From contig CAXGUD010000016.1 in the NCBI GenBank assembly GCA_964012805.1, positions 22,918 through 86,917 on the forward strand: a stretch of 64,000 bases of DNA, in the 5' to 3' direction. Shown piece by piece: positions 29,120 to 39,746 of this stretch (the stretch's first letter is position 1; the number at the start of each line of letters is the position of its first letter). This stretch comes from an uncultured Bacteriovoracaceae bacterium (GTDB taxonomy: Bacteria > Bdellovibrionota > Bacteriovoracia > Bacteriovoracales > Bacteriovoracaceae). The notes beneath the pieces were generated by a model. The model searched no databases, had not been told where the DNA came from, and was given only the letters and a program-made list of their open reading frames with translations. The translations under genes and the position numbers were made by a program.

Positions 29120-31441
29120 CTACTTCATATTTCCATAAAGTTGTTCAAGAATCCTTTCATTTGTTGCCGGAGAAGCTAGTTTAACTTTTTCATTTGATCT
29201 ATAAGACAAAGCATTTTTTACGGCCATAAAAACATTAATGCCTAATAAAAATGGAGGCTCACCAACAGCTTTGGAGCGATGGACTGCTTGGTGGTTGTTA
29301 TTATTTTCTATAAACTCAATAGTAAAATTTCGAGGAGTATCCTGAATACTAGGGATTTTATAGGTTGTAGGGGAGTGGGAAAGGAGTTGACCCTTATCTG
29401 AAAAATATAATTGTTCCCCTGTAACCCAACCCATGCCTTGGATAAAAGCACCTAAGACCTGCCCCTGATCGATTCCAGGATTTATAGGACGACCTAGGTC
29501 CATCAAAATATCAGTGGAGAGAACTTTAAGTTCTCCTGTATATTCGTCTATCTCAACTTCTGATATAGCGGCACCATTTGTATAATAATTAAAAGGTTTT
29601 CCCTCACTTTTTTCTTTATTAAAGCCAATACCTTCTGTCTTAAAAAAAGCATAAGACCCTAAGCCAACTCTGTTAAAATAAGCGAGAGATAAAGCTTCTT
29701 TGAAAGGAATTTTATGACCATTTTTTTTGTCTAACACTTCTTGGTTTTCAAAAACAATGTGCGAAAGATCTCCGCAGTCTTCAAGCTCGTACTCTACAAC
29801 TCCATCGCTAACTTCTCCTGCCCAGTGTTTATGGAGAACTATTCTAAGTCTTTCTTTAATTTTATTACATGCTTTTAAAGTAGCACTTCCATTAATATCT
29901 GCTCCACTGGAAGCAGCTGTAGGAGATGTATTATGGTTTTTTTCTGTAGAGGTTGGCATGACTTGCACGAGGTTTGATGGAATACCAAATGCGTGAGCGG
30001 CAATTTGCTGGATTTTGGTGTTTACGCCTTGGCCCATCTCTGTTGCTCCTGTTGAGACTTGAATACTTCCATCTAGGTGGACGTTAACGAGAGCATTACC
30101 TTGGTTTAAAAATTTTGCAGTAAAAGCGATCCCAAATTTTGTAAAGCCAAGAGATAGCCCTCTCAGTTTTCCATTATTTAATGTATTAAAATTATTAATT
30201 GCCTCTCTTTTCTTTTTGTACTCCGCTTTTTGAGTTATTCTTTCAAAAATTTCCGGGAGAGGGTTATGGTCAATTTTTTGGCCGTAGTGGGTTATATTAT
30301 TCTCATCTTTTCCATAGAGGTTAACTTTTCTAATTTCTGCAGGATCTTTTCCCGTTTCAAAGGCTATGTCTTCAATGATTGACTCAATTGTCATGGTTCC
30401 CTGAGGGCCTCCAAATCCACGAAATGCTGTATTAGAAGGGTGGTTTGTTTTACAGCATGTTCCGGTGATTTTGGCGTGAGGAATAAAATAGGCACTATCA
30501 ATATGAAACATTGCTCTTTCTAAAATAGCGCTTGATAGATCTGCATAGGGTCCAGCGTCGGAAAAGAGGTCAGCTTTAAGGGCCATTATTTTTCCATTAT
30601 CATCGAAGCCAACTTCATAATAATTTTTAAAAGGGTGCCTCTTCCCTGTCATCGCCATATCCTCATCTTTAGATAGGGCAAGGCGTGCAGGTCTTCCAAG
30701 CTTATAGGCGCAAAGTCCTGCGTAAGCAGCAAAAGGAGCTGCTTGGCTTTCCTTTCCTCCAAACCCTCCTCCCATTCTTTTAACGATACAAGTAACATGA
30801 TGAAAAGGGATACCAACTGCTTCAGCAACTAAATGTTGAGTTTCAGTTGGATGTTGGGATGATGAGTGAACTTCAAGTTGTCCATTTTCCAAAGGGTAAA
30901 CAATACTTGCCTGACTTTCGAGATAAAAATGTTCTTGCCCACCACATTCAAAATCACCCTTCAATTTTCTTTTAGAGCTTTTGAGCGCCTTATCGACATC
31001 TCCTTTGATAATAGGTGCCGCTTTGTACACACTTTGTTCCGTCTTGATTGCTTCATCTATTGAAAAGAGTGGTACTTGTTCCTCGACCTCGATTTTAATA
31101 AGTTTTTTTGCTTTTGGAAGTACATCTTTGCTTTCAGCTGCAATAATGGCAACGGGCTCATCAAAATGACCGATTTCTTTATCAACAAGCAAAGGTTGCG
31201 TTTTAAAAATAGCACCCCATCTGTTGTGAGAAAGGTCCTCTGCTGTATAAACAGCAAGGACGCCTGGTAACTTTAAAGCTTCCTCAAAATGAACCTTTTT
31301 CAGGTTTCCTGCTGCACAAGGAGAGCCAACGACTCCTACGTGGATTTCTCCCCTTAATGGAGAGCGGTCATCTACAAAAATACTAGTTCCTGTTACATGA
31401 CCATAAGAAGAGTCGTGTTTAATATTACTTCCTACACTCAT
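29120..31441 (-). CDS. xdhB: xanthine dehydrogenase molybdopterin-binding subunit
   Basis: GGQEHFYLE, RMGGGFGGKESQA, TGKRHPF, NTAFRGFGGPQG, TEMGQG, SPTAAS, SKAVGEPP. Confidence 0.97.
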   Translation of the reverse strand: MSVGSNIKHDSSYGHVTGTSIFVDDRSPLRGEIHVGVVGSPCAAGNLKKVHFEEALKLPGVLAVYTAEDLSHNRWGAIFKTQPLLVDKEIGHFDEPVAIIAAESKDVLPKAKKLIKIEVEEQVPLFSIDEAIKTEQSVYKAAPIIKGDVDKALKSSKRKLKGDFECGGQEHFYLESQASIVYPLENGQLEVHSSSQHPTETQHLVAEAVGIPFHHVTCIVKRMGGGFGGKESQAAPFAAYAGLCAYKLGRPARLALSKDEDMAMTGKRHPFKNYYEVGFDDNGKIMALKADLFSDAGPYADLSSAILERAMFHIDSAYFIPHAKITGTCCKTNHPSNTAFRGFGGPQGTMTIESIIEDIAFETGKDPAEIRKVNLYGKDENNITHYGQKIDHNPLPEIFERITQKAEYKKKREAINNFNTLNNGKLRGLSLGFTKFGIAFTAKFLNQGNALVNVHLDGSIQVSTGATEMGQGVNTKIQQIAAHAFGIPSNLVQVMPTSTEKNHNTSPTAASSGADINGSATLKACNKIKERLRIVLHKHWAGEVSDGVVEYELEDCGDLSHIVFENQEVLDKKNGHKIPFKEALSLAYFNRVGLGSYAFFKTEGIGFNKEKSEGKPFNYYTNGAAISEVEIDEYTGELKVLSTDILMDLGRPINPGIDQGQVLGAFIQGMGWVTGEQLYFSDKGQLLSHSPTTYKIPSIQDTPRNFTIEFIENNNNHQAVHRSKAVGEPPFLLGINVFMAVKNALSYRSNEKVKLASPATNERILEQLYGNMK

Positions 31442-32904
31442 AGTTTTTTTCCTTGCTCAGTTCCATATTGCGACTGGATTTCTCTATAGAATTTCATTAA
31501 CAGGTTTTTTGATATTTGAGTCCTAAATTTTGCTGAGCCGCGTACATCTGAAATTGGAGTTATTTCTTTTTCGACTTGTAAGGTTGCCTCTCCAATGTTT
31601 TTTTCATTCCACTCTTTACCATTTAGTAACTTTTCTGTTGTGGAAAGCCTTTTGACAACTGGGCCGACACCTCCATAAGCAAGCTTAATGCTTTTTATTT
31701 GACCATTTTCTATATTTCCCATTCCCGCAAAGGTAACTGCTGAGATGTCCATATCTTTTCTAAGACTCACTTTGTAGAGTTTTAAAAAATACTCTTTTGG
31801 AGGTATTGGAATAATAACTTTAGTAATAAGTTCATTGTCTTTAAGGTTTAAGTCCTTGTAGCCCTTATAGAACTGAGTAATAGGAACAACTCTTTCTCCA
31901 TCAGTGCAAGATAAGACGACCTTTGCTTCAGAAATAAAAAGGAAGGGGGTGCCATCAGCGATGGGTGAAGCATTGGCAATATTACCAACCAGAGTCCCGG
32001 CATTTTTAATTTGGGGAGAAGCGAATATATGAATTAGTTTTGAATACTCTGGGATATCGTTCTTGAGAGCTTTTTCAATATCGTGCCAAGTCGCTGTCGC
32101 TCCAATATGAAACTCTTGTCCTTTTTTTTCAATTTTAGACATTTCGGGAACTCTATAAAGAGAAAGGACCTGTTCCATTTCATGGCGGCCTTTACTGACT
32201 TGAACTCCAAGGTCAGTTGCACCTGAAGTACATTTGAGAAGCTTCTGATCATTTTTAAGTTTTAAGGCATCATCTATTTTTGAAGGCAGAAAAATTTGAC
32301 GTGACTTATTTTCCAAGACAACGCCTTCCTTTTCGAGGTCTTCGAATTCTTTAAGCATCTCGCTATTGTGGTACCGTTCATAGAGAGGGTTCACTTCTTT
32401 TAAGTTAACAGCTAGAGATGACTTTATTATAGAGTCGTAACCAGTGCATCGGCAAAGGTTACCTGTCAAATAGTTTTTCGTTGTCTTTTCATCGATGGGT
32501 TTTTCTTTGAGCTTTAGTTGATCTGTCATACCCGCCATAGCGCAAATAAATCCTGGTGTGCAGTATCCACATTGGGCACCATGGTTGACCATCATTGATT
32601 CTTGTACCGGATGGAGCTTATCTTTTTCGGCAACTCCTTCAACTGTAATAATTGAATGCAGGTCCATTAAGTGAAGGAAGGTGATACAGCTGTTTAGAGA
32701 TTTGTAAACCAGCTTCCCTTTATCTAAATCTTTACGACTTGCAACCAAAACTGTACAAGCCCCACAATCACCTTCTGCACAGACAACTTTTGTTCCTGTT
32801 TTCCCTAAATCATCACGTAGGTAAGTTGAAAGGGATGTGAAGGCATCTTTAGCATCTATTTCATGTTTTTTACCATTTAGATAAAAAATTATTTTATCTC
32901 TCAT
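31438..32904 (-). CDS. xdhA: xanthine dehydrogenase small subunit (2Fe-2S plus FAD)
   Basis: CAEGDCGAC, QCGYCTPGF, GNLCRCTGY, GATDLG, FASPQIKNAGT, ASPIAD. Confidence 0.96.
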   Translation of the reverse strand: MRDKIIFYLNGKKHEIDAKDAFTSLSTYLRDDLGKTGTKVVCAEGDCGACTVLVASRKDLDKGKLVYKSLNSCITFLHLMDLHSIITVEGVAEKDKLHPVQESMMVNHGAQCGYCTPGFICAMAGMTDQLKLKEKPIDEKTTKNYLTGNLCRCTGYDSIIKSSLAVNLKEVNPLYERYHNSEMLKEFEDLEKEGVVLENKSRQIFLPSKIDDALKLKNDQKLLKCTSGATDLGVQVSKGRHEMEQVLSLYRVPEMSKIEKKGQEFHIGATATWHDIEKALKNDIPEYSKLIHIFASPQIKNAGTLVGNIANASPIADGTPFLFISEAKVVLSCTDGERVVPITQFYKGYKDLNLKDNELITKVIIPIPPKEYFLKLYKVSLRKDMDISAVTFAGMGNIENGQIKSIKLAYGGVGPVVKRLSTTEKLLNGKEWNEKNIGEATLQVEKEITPISDVRGSAKFRTQISKNLLMKFYREIQSQYGTEQGKKL

Positions 32905-32971
32905 AAAGAGGTTCCTTTGATAAAGAAGCCAAATTTTATATCATTTAGATCTTAAAAAAAAAAGTTGGATT

Positions 32972-33745
32972 TTAATTGTAGAGGATTCCTAGAAGTTCTG
33001 CACTAACGCTAATTGCGATTTCCTTTGGAGCTTTGCCTCCGATTGGAATTCCTATAGGGCATTTTACCTTTTGAATATCATCTTTTCCAAATTCCTTTTC
33101 TTCGAGCCTTTTTTTGAATCGGAGCCACTTTGTTTGACTTCCAATAAGTCCAAGATAAAGAAGGTTTTTGTTTATTAGATTAGAGAGAAGGTCAAAGTCT
33201 AATTGGTGAGAGTGAGTCATAATGATTGCTAATGAAGATTGAGGAAGCCAATCTTGGTTAAAAACGTATTGAAGAGGGTCTTCAGAAACTCTTATAATTT
33301 CCGGAGATAGGTTTTCGTGCTGAATCCATTCATCTCTCGTATCAATTAAGTGGACTTTATAAGGTGTGCCGACCAATGTATTGGCAAGATTTTGACCCAC
33401 ATGGCCTGCTCCAAAAATGAAGACTTTTGGTTGGCATTGAATGACATCAATAAAAATTTCTACAACTCCACCGCAGCATTGGCCAGTTTTTATCCCAAGG
33501 TTAAAAGAGAAGGAAGAGCTTTTATTTTCTAAAATACAGTTTTGAGCTGTTTTGATAATTTGTTTTTCTAAGTTACCGCCACCAATTGTTCCATAAAAAG
33601 TACCATCGGTCAGGACAATCATTTTTGAGCCAACTTCCCTAGGCGTGGAGCCTCCTGTCTGGGTTGTTGTCAATAGAGCAAAGTTCTGACCAGACTTTTC
33701 TAATTCGCTACATTTTTTTATCCAATCCCACATTGTTGAGCTCAT
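32972..33745 (-). CDS. xdhC: xanthine dehydrogenase accessory protein
   Basis: GSTPREVGSKM, GTIGGGNLE, GQCCGG, FGAGHV, MTHSHQLD, GLIGS, CPIG. Confidence 0.95.
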   Translation of the reverse strand: MSSTMWDWIKKCSELEKSGQNFALLTTTQTGGSTPREVGSKMIVLTDGTFYGTIGGGNLEKQIIKTAQNCILENKSSSFSFNLGIKTGQCCGGVVEIFIDVIQCQPKVFIFGAGHVGQNLANTLVGTPYKVHLIDTRDEWIQHENLSPEIIRVSEDPLQYVFNQDWLPQSSLAIIMTHSHQLDFDLLSNLINKNLLYLGLIGSQTKWLRFKKRLEEKEFGKDDIQKVKCPIGIPIGGKAPKEIAISVSAELLGILYN

Positions 33746-33829
33746 CCCAAGAAATCTATTTTTTTATGTATGAAAGACTTCAAAATGAATAACTAAACCA
33801 AAGGGGCTAAAGGGAGCAAGCAAAAAACG

Positions 33830-34618
33830 TTATAATTGGTAATTTAAACCCTCTAAAAGGCAAGTGAGGATCGATTTTTGAACTTTTGTAAGTTGGTATG
33901 TTTTGGCCATAATAATAACTGGGCTTTTATTGATGCTTGCAGTAGCAAGGAGTTCGCCTTTAGTGGAGTCATACTCAATTAGTTCGAGTTTTGCAGAAAA
34001 GTGGCTTTTATATTTTTCCATAAGAGCTTTCTCAAATTCTCCCCCATCTCTGGTTTCAGGAGTCCGATTTCCCTCAACTTTCATTTGAATAAGATGATTC
34101 TTTGATTTTTCACCACTATTTTGAACATCATTATAAATAATCTTGAGAAAAGAGGTTCCCAAGTTAGATTTGAGGGTAAACCAAAGCTCCTCAAAAAAGG
34201 TTGCTCTATCGTTGGGAAGCAACTTTTTTAAGTGCTCAATGACGGTAAAGAGTTCGTCCAGTAAGCCAATATTATTTCTGAGAAGCCATTGGCTCCACAT
34301 TTGATGAAAGGAATCCAAAACCTCTTCTTTTGTCGATATCTCAAAAGAATCGTAGTTTACATCAAAATTAGTACTCTCAACAATAGGATAAAACTTATGA
34401 TAGCTCTTAAGAGACTCAAGAAACTCTTGAGATTCTTTTAACTCAGGGTCAAAAAGTAGTCCCTGAAGAGACTCTTCTTCTAAATTGATAATATCTATTG
34501 TTTTGGACTCATCTTGCTCTTTATGATTGGAAAAATGCCTTATAAGAACTCTCTCGCTCGATTTTATATAGCCAAGGGAAAAATCCATTTTAAACTCCGA
34601 TTTTAGTGCGCTATGCAT
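33830..34618 (-). CDS. hypothetical cytoplasmic protein
   Basis: 262 aa ORF filling the intergenic space; no recognised motif. Confidence 0.75.
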   Translation of the reverse strand: MHSALKSEFKMDFSLGYIKSSERVLIRHFSNHKEQDESKTIDIINLEEESLQGLLFDPELKESQEFLESLKSYHKFYPIVESTNFDVNYDSFEISTKEEVLDSFHQMWSQWLLRNNIGLLDELFTVIEHLKKLLPNDRATFFEELWFTLKSNLGTSFLKIIYNDVQNSGEKSKNHLIQMKVEGNRTPETRDGGEFEKALMEKYKSHFSAKLELIEYDSTKGELLATASINKSPVIIMAKTYQLTKVQKSILTCLLEGLNYQL

Positions 34619-34672
34619 TGGAAAAAAAAGCCCCTAGAGGTTCTTCTTTGATCTTTATAATAAAATTATGCT

Positions 34673-35317
34673 ATGGAGAAAATATCTATTTACGTCATTT
34701 TAATTTTTTTCCTCAATTTTACAAATGCTGTGTGTCAAGATGAACGCTTATTTCGTGACCTTATGGGCCAAGGTGCAAAGAAGCCTTTTAGTGAGAGTGT
34801 TCTAAAAAAAAGAGTTCATTGGCATGCTTTATCGCCTTTCTATGAAATTGAGATGGACGGTCTTCCCGGTAAAGAAAGTTTTCGAGTTGAAAAAAGAGAT
34901 GGAGAGGATTGGTTTAGCCTTTTTAATCAATATAAGGAGAAAATATTTTCTAAAAAGTTAGACTCCTTAGGAAAAGATTCCAAAGTGTTCAGAGTTTCCC
35001 AGCGTGTTTTATCAAAAGACTTAAAAACTCTTATAGTTTATTTTTATAATGGATTCACAGATGTTCTTAACTTTGAAGGAAAAGGACGGCTTTATTTTTT
35101 TACTTGGGAAGACAATAATTTAAAGACTTTAAATAGCTTTAAAGGACCCATTTTTTGGCACGAGTTTTCTCCAAGAAATGGTTACTATCATAGAAGGGTA
35201 TATGATTTAAGCTTGTATGACAGTAATGGGGATGGAATTAAAGAAATTATTGTTAAACATGGTCCTACGACTAAGCTGTTCTTTTATAAAAAGAAAAAAG
35301 GGTGGCAACGTTTCTAA
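34673..35317 (+). CDS. secreted hypothetical protein with FG-GAP/VCBS-like motif
   Basis: Signal peptide; DSNGDGIKEIIV Ca-binding-like loop. Confidence 0.7.
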   Translation: MEKISIYVILIFFLNFTNAVCQDERLFRDLMGQGAKKPFSESVLKKRVHWHALSPFYEIEMDGLPGKESFRVEKRDGEDWFSLFNQYKEKIFSKKLDSLGKDSKVFRVSQRVLSKDLKTLIVYFYNGFTDVLNFEGKGRLYFFTWEDNNLKTLNSFKGPIFWHEFSPRNGYYHRRVYDLSLYDSNGDGIKEIIVKHGPTTKLFFYKKKKGWQRF

Positions 35318-35769
35318 GCGGCATTTTTTTTGTTGCTGCTTCCATCGTCTTGATTGTCATCATCAGTACTATCTTTACTATCGGCGGTTCTTTTTTCTTT
35401 TTGGTAATTACTTTCTTTCCCTCCTTTTATCAATCTCAAATTAGGCTTTCTTGGATCCTCTTTAGAGTTAATGAGAATTCTATTCCAGAGAGCAAAAGGA
35501 AGAGACAGAAGAAAGAGGAGAGAAAAAATTTGAATGATACTTTTTACAAAAGCTTTATCTGTACTCTTAGGAAGAATCTTAAGTTGGCTTGATCTGAAAT
35601 CAAATCCCTTAACTCTGTTTGAAGGTACGATAGTTTCTTCATCAATTGAAAGACCGATAATTGGATCAACAGCGGGTGCCCTTGAAGAAAAAAGAGGGTT
35701 GACAAGGGACAGAATGATAAGACCGGAAAAAAAATAAAGACACCAATAAATTAAAGGCCTTTGTTTCAT
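35314..35769 (-). CDS. small two-TM membrane protein with charged C-terminal tail
   Basis: Two hydrophobic segments, GGGGGA RBS, upstream sigma28-like promoter. Confidence 0.7.
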   Translation of the reverse strand: MKQRPLIYWCLYFFSGLIILSLVNPLFSSRAPAVDPIIGLSIDEETIVPSNRVKGFDFRSSQLKILPKSTDKAFVKSIIQIFSLLFLLSLPFALWNRILINSKEDPRKPNLRLIKGGKESNYQKEKRTADSKDSTDDDNQDDGSSNKKNAA

Positions 35770-35788
35770 AAATTCCCCCTTTCCGATC

Positions 35789-35816
35789 TTTTCGGTGGAA
35801 TCTAGTAAAAACTTAA
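35789..35816 (-). promoter_or_regulatory. sigma28 (FliA)-like promoter
   Basis: Minus strand TTAAG-15 nt-ACCGAAAA, 19 nt upstream of ATG 35769. Confidence 0.6.
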
Positions 35817-35862
35817 AGTAATATGTTTTTTTGGTTATTTAATAAAAATATTGACAAAAAAT

Positions 35863-37848
35863 CTATGGAATTTTTGATTGAAGGTTTTCAAACTCTTCGT
35901 AAAGTTCAAGGATTTTGTTTTCAAGTTTTTCTTGCTTTTGGTTTAGTTGATTTAACTCTTCGCTTTTTTTTTGGTTCATTAGAGTATAATCAAATTGCGC
36001 AAGTTTATCTTGAACATTTTCTAATTTTACTTCTTCATTTTGAATTTCATCTTCAATGACTTTGAATCTTAATTTTTCTTTATTAGTCATTTTTATTTTT
36101 GATGGGGCTTTGGTTTCCAATTGGTCTCTTTTAACCTCCTTTGATTCTTTCTTTTCTTCGTCTTCCTCTAAAAGCTGTTGTTCTAAAATGACAGCTTCAA
36201 GGTAGGGTTCAACCTGATCATACCCGCCTACAAAGACTTCAATGTTATTTTTTTGGACAAGCCAAACCTTATTTGTGACGGTACTTAAAAAAGTTCTATC
36301 ATGACTAATTAAAATGAGGGAGCCTCCGAACTTTTTAAGCTCTTTTTCTAAAATTTGAATTGTATCAAGGTCGAGGTCGTTAGTAGGTTCGTCAAAAATC
36401 CATATATCACCTGGCCTCTTAAGGTTAAGGGCCATTTGGAGTCTATTCCTTTCTCCCCCTGAAAAAGTTTTTAATGGTCGGTGTAAGTCGTCTTGAGAGA
36501 ATAGGAATTTTTTTAAGTAGCTTGAAACATGGATTCGGCTTTCATCAGGAAGGTGGATAAAGTCTGTCCCTTCTCCTAAAATATCAAAAGGAGTCTTTTC
36601 CGGGGATAACTCATCTCTATCTTGAGAAAAGTATTGAATCTTTATATCCTCTGCTCTTTTCATAGATCCGCTTAAAATCCCTAATTGACCCATGATGATT
36701 TTCATAAGGCTTGTCTTACCAGATCCATTGGGTCCTAATAATCCAATTTTATCTCCTTTTTTTAGTGATAGAGAGAGTCCCTGAAACAGTGGAGTGCTTC
36801 CATAAGAAAAGTCTGCACTTTTCATTTCAATAAGAGTTTTTGTTTTTCTTTTTGAGTCTTCAACAGAAAGGTTGAGCACTTTTTTTGCCTGACTTTTTAT
36901 TTCCTGAAGAGACTCAGATAGTTTGTGAAAATTTTCAACTCTTTTTTTACTTCTACAGCCTCTAGCTTTTATACCTTGCCTCATCCACTCAGTTTCTCTT
37001 TTAAGAGAGTTTTTGAGTTTGGCAGCAAGTTTTTGTCTCTCTTGTTCTTTAAGTTCCTGGTGTTCAAGATAGTCTGAATAATTGCCAGAAAAGGAGTCTA
37101 TTTGACCGTTATTTAAATGAATAATTCTGCTAGTGCATTTAGAAAGAAGGTATCTGTCATGAGAGATCATCAGAAATGTCTTATTTGCTGTAGATAGTTC
37201 TTCCTCAAATCGTTTAATTGTATCAAGGTCTAAATGGTTAGTCGGTTCATCCCATAAAATCAGGGCTGCTGGAGAAGATAATCCCAAACTTAGTAAGATC
37301 TTTTTTTTCTCACCTCCACTTAGTGAGGTAACTTTTTTTTGAAAATCCTCTAGACCAAAATATTTAAGATAGTTTTCATAAAGCTGGATAATACTCCAAC
37401 CCTGCTGGTGTTCCATGTCTTCTAGAAGAGTTTTTTGTCGATTAACAAGTTTTTGAATTTCCTCATTAGATGAAGGTTTTTCAAGGTTTAGGTTAATTGA
37501 ATCTAACTCACTTGTAATTGCTTCTAGCTGTGGATAAAACCTAAAAATATAATTTTTAATATTGATATTATCGTTCTCTTTAAGAGGAATTTCTTGAGGT
37601 ACAAGAAAAACAGAGAAACCACCTTCTAAACCTTTTGAGTCTTTTGCTTTGTCGAAGGTAAAAGGAGGGCTTGAATGGTCTGGCTCCAGCTTTGAAGAGA
37701 GTACGTTAAATAAACAACTCTTCCCTTTACCATTCGGGCCGATAAGACCGACTTTTTCGCCTTTATGGACTGTTATAAAGGCATCTTTAAAGATAATTTT
37801 GGCCCCAAAGGAGAGATTTAAATTTTTTAATGTACAAAGAATATTCAT
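35863..37848 (-). CDS. uup: ABC-F family ATPase (Uup-like)
   Basis: Two ABC cassettes (GPNGKGKS, LSGGE, DEPTNHLD; GPNGSGKT, FSGGE, DEPTNDLD), W-x-R-Q-G-I-K-A-R linker, C-terminal coiled coil, no TM. Confidence 0.88.
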   Translation of the reverse strand: MNILCTLKNLNLSFGAKIIFKDAFITVHKGEKVGLIGPNGKGKSCLFNVLSSKLEPDHSSPPFTFDKAKDSKGLEGGFSVFLVPQEIPLKENDNINIKNYIFRFYPQLEAITSELDSINLNLEKPSSNEEIQKLVNRQKTLLEDMEHQQGWSIIQLYENYLKYFGLEDFQKKVTSLSGGEKKKILLSLGLSSPAALILWDEPTNHLDLDTIKRFEEELSTANKTFLMISHDRYLLSKCTSRIIHLNNGQIDSFSGNYSDYLEHQELKEQERQKLAAKLKNSLKRETEWMRQGIKARGCRSKKRVENFHKLSESLQEIKSQAKKVLNLSVEDSKRKTKTLIEMKSADFSYGSTPLFQGLSLSLKKGDKIGLLGPNGSGKTSLMKIIMGQLGILSGSMKRAEDIKIQYFSQDRDELSPEKTPFDILGEGTDFIHLPDESRIHVSSYLKKFLFSQDDLHRPLKTFSGGERNRLQMALNLKRPGDIWIFDEPTNDLDLDTIQILEKELKKFGGSLILISHDRTFLSTVTNKVWLVQKNNIEVFVGGYDQVEPYLEAVILEQQLLEEDEEKKESKEVKRDQLETKAPSKIKMTNKEKLRFKVIEDEIQNEEVKLENVQDKLAQFDYTLMNQKKSEELNQLNQKQEKLENKILELYEEFENLQSKIP

Positions 37849-37992
37849 TATATGTAAGAAACCAAATTGAATGTTGTTTTTATTGGACCCTGTCTTTTTG
37901 AGGGCGATTTATAGTACTCTTGTTTTTCTTCAAAGTTAAGTTGAAGATGATAAAAAAGGGTAAACTAAATAAAAATTATTTGATTTAAGGGC

Positions 37993-38649
37993 TTGGTTTT
38001 GTCGCTTTATTATTGTCCACTATGTAAATCCTCTCAAAACTCTTTAGTTCTAAAAAATAAGAGAAGAGAGTTTTACTTCTGTGAATACTGCTCACTAACC
38101 TTCGTGCCAAGCTCTTTTCACTTAAGTAGTTCTGATGAGCTCGAACGCTATACTAAACACAACAACTCCTCTGATGATCCATATTATCAAGAGTTTTTAA
38201 TGAATTTGACTGTGCCTCTTTTAAATAAAGCCTTAGACGGTGTTTCCTGGAAAGGTCTTGATTTTGGCTCAGGGTCCTCTGGCACTTTGGCACTCATGAT
38301 GGGGGAAAAAGGTCATGATTTTAAAAGCTATGATCCTTTCTTCAAAAATGAAAAGTCTTTGTTGGAAACTAAGTATGATGTCATTACTTGCTCTGAGGCG
38401 ATTGAGCATTTTTCCAACCCTGAACGGGAATGGGAAAAAATGTGGTCTCTTTTAAAGCCTAAGGGGATTCTAGCCGTGATGACACAACTTAGACCTTTTG
38501 AAAGAGAACTTTCTGATTGGTGGTATATTAGAGACCTTACGCATGTGAGCTTTTTCTCTGAAGCTACTTTTGATTGGCTTGCCGAGAGAGATCATTTAAT
38601 ATCTTCAAGGCATGAAAATTCTGTCATTATTTTTGAAAAAAGGGATTAA
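37993..38649 (+). CDS. class I SAM-dependent methyltransferase with N-terminal Zn ribbon
   Basis: CPLC...CEYC, LDFGSGS, YDPFF, EAIEHF, WWYIRDLTHVSFF. Confidence 0.9.
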   Translation: MVLSLYYCPLCKSSQNSLVLKNKRREFYFCEYCSLTFVPSSFHLSSSDELERYTKHNNSSDDPYYQEFLMNLTVPLLNKALDGVSWKGLDFGSGSSGTLALMMGEKGHDFKSYDPFFKNEKSLLETKYDVITCSEAIEHFSNPEREWEKMWSLLKPKGILAVMTQLRPFERELSDWWYIRDLTHVSFFSEATFDWLAERDHLISSRHENSVIIFEKRD

Positions 38650-38652
38650 GAA

Positions 38653-38991
38653 ATGATTGATATTTTTGGAATACCAAATTGTGACAAAGTAAAAAAAACA
38701 TTGGAAATTCTTCAAGAAAGCAATGTGAATTATCTTTTTGTGGACTTTAAAAAGATGTCGCCTACGAAGGATCAGATTTTAAATTGGAAAAATCATTTAG
38801 ACGATTGGCCTGTTAATAAAAGAGGTACAACCTTTAGAAAATTTAAAGACAAATTTTTAAAGGCCAGTGATAATGAAAAAGTAAGCTTAATAATTAAAAA
38901 TTCATCTATAATTCCAAGGCCGATCGTGGAAAAAAATGGCAAAATTTTAAAAATCGGATTTGATGAAGAATTTTTGAGGTCCCTTCAGTAA
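38653..38991 (+). CDS. ArsC/Spx family thioredoxin-fold protein (YffB-like)
   Basis: FGIPNCDKVKK, VNKRGTTFR, IPRPIV, IGFD. Confidence 0.88.
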   Translation: MIDIFGIPNCDKVKKTLEILQESNVNYLFVDFKKMSPTKDQILNWKNHLDDWPVNKRGTTFRKFKDKFLKASDNEKVSLIIKNSSIIPRPIVEKNGKILKIGFDEEFLRSLQ

Positions 38992-39746
38992 TGGCAGGGA
39001 GAGAAATGTGCTGGAGTTGCTATAAACCGGCAAAGAGTTGCTTTTGCCATGATTTAAAGTCCTTCAACACAACAACCCGCTTTGTATTATTGATGCATCC
39101 TAAAGAAGCTAAAAAAAACAAAACAGGAACTGGGCGGATAAGTCATTTGTGCTTGAAAAACTCTGAAATACTTATTGGGGTAGATTTTAGTGAAAGCAGA
39201 CGTTTTAACGAACTTATAAATGATGATAGCTTTATCCCTTTTGTACTATACCCGGGAGAATCTTCTTATAGAGTGGATTACAAAGAAATTCCTACCGAAG
39301 TTTCGAAACTCATTAAAAGTGGAAAGAAACGACCACTTGTTTTTATCCTGGATGGAACCTGGCCTTGTGCTAAAAAGATGATGCTGGTGAATTCTAAGTT
39401 GCATGGACTTCCAAGGCTATCCTTTTCATCTTCGCCTGATCTAAGATCACAATTCACTATCAAACATCAACCTTCCCCAGTTTGTCTTTCAACGATTGAA
39501 TCTATTTTTTATTTTCTAAAAGCTTGGAGAAAAGGAGAATACCCAGAAGTATCTTCTAATAGTGATGATACGGTACTTCTTGATGGTCTTGCTGGCATTG
39601 TCAATTTTCAGATAAAATGTGCTTTAGATCCTCATTTAAAAAGTTATAGAAAAGGGCGGTACAAGACTCAAGATGAAAAAAGGAATTCTATAAAATGGGA
39701 TAAAAGAAAGCTTTTTTTTGAAAAGGAGAATTTTCAAAGCTTATGA
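38991..39746 (+). CDS. DTW-domain tRNA-uridine aminocarboxypropyltransferase (TapT-like)
   Basis: CWSC...CFC, LMHPKE, TGR, LYPG, LDGTWPCAKKM, LSTIES. Confidence 0.9.
   Translation: MAGREMCWSCYKPAKSCFCHDLKSFNTTTRFVLLMHPKEAKKNKTGTGRISHLCLKNSEILIGVDFSESRRFNELINDDSFIPFVLYPGESSYRVDYKEIPTEVSKLIKSGKKRPLVFILDGTWPCAKKMMLVNSKLHGLPRLSFSSSPDLRSQFTIKHQPSPVCLSTIESIFYFLKAWRKGEYPEVSSNSDDTVLLDGLAGIVNFQIKCALDPHLKSYRKGRYKTQDEKRNSIKWDKRKLFFEKENFQSL

Noticed and set aside
35217..35737. Several overlapping plus-strand ORFs
   Set aside because: The minus-strand ORF 35314..35769 has the RBS and promoter; these are antisense shadows
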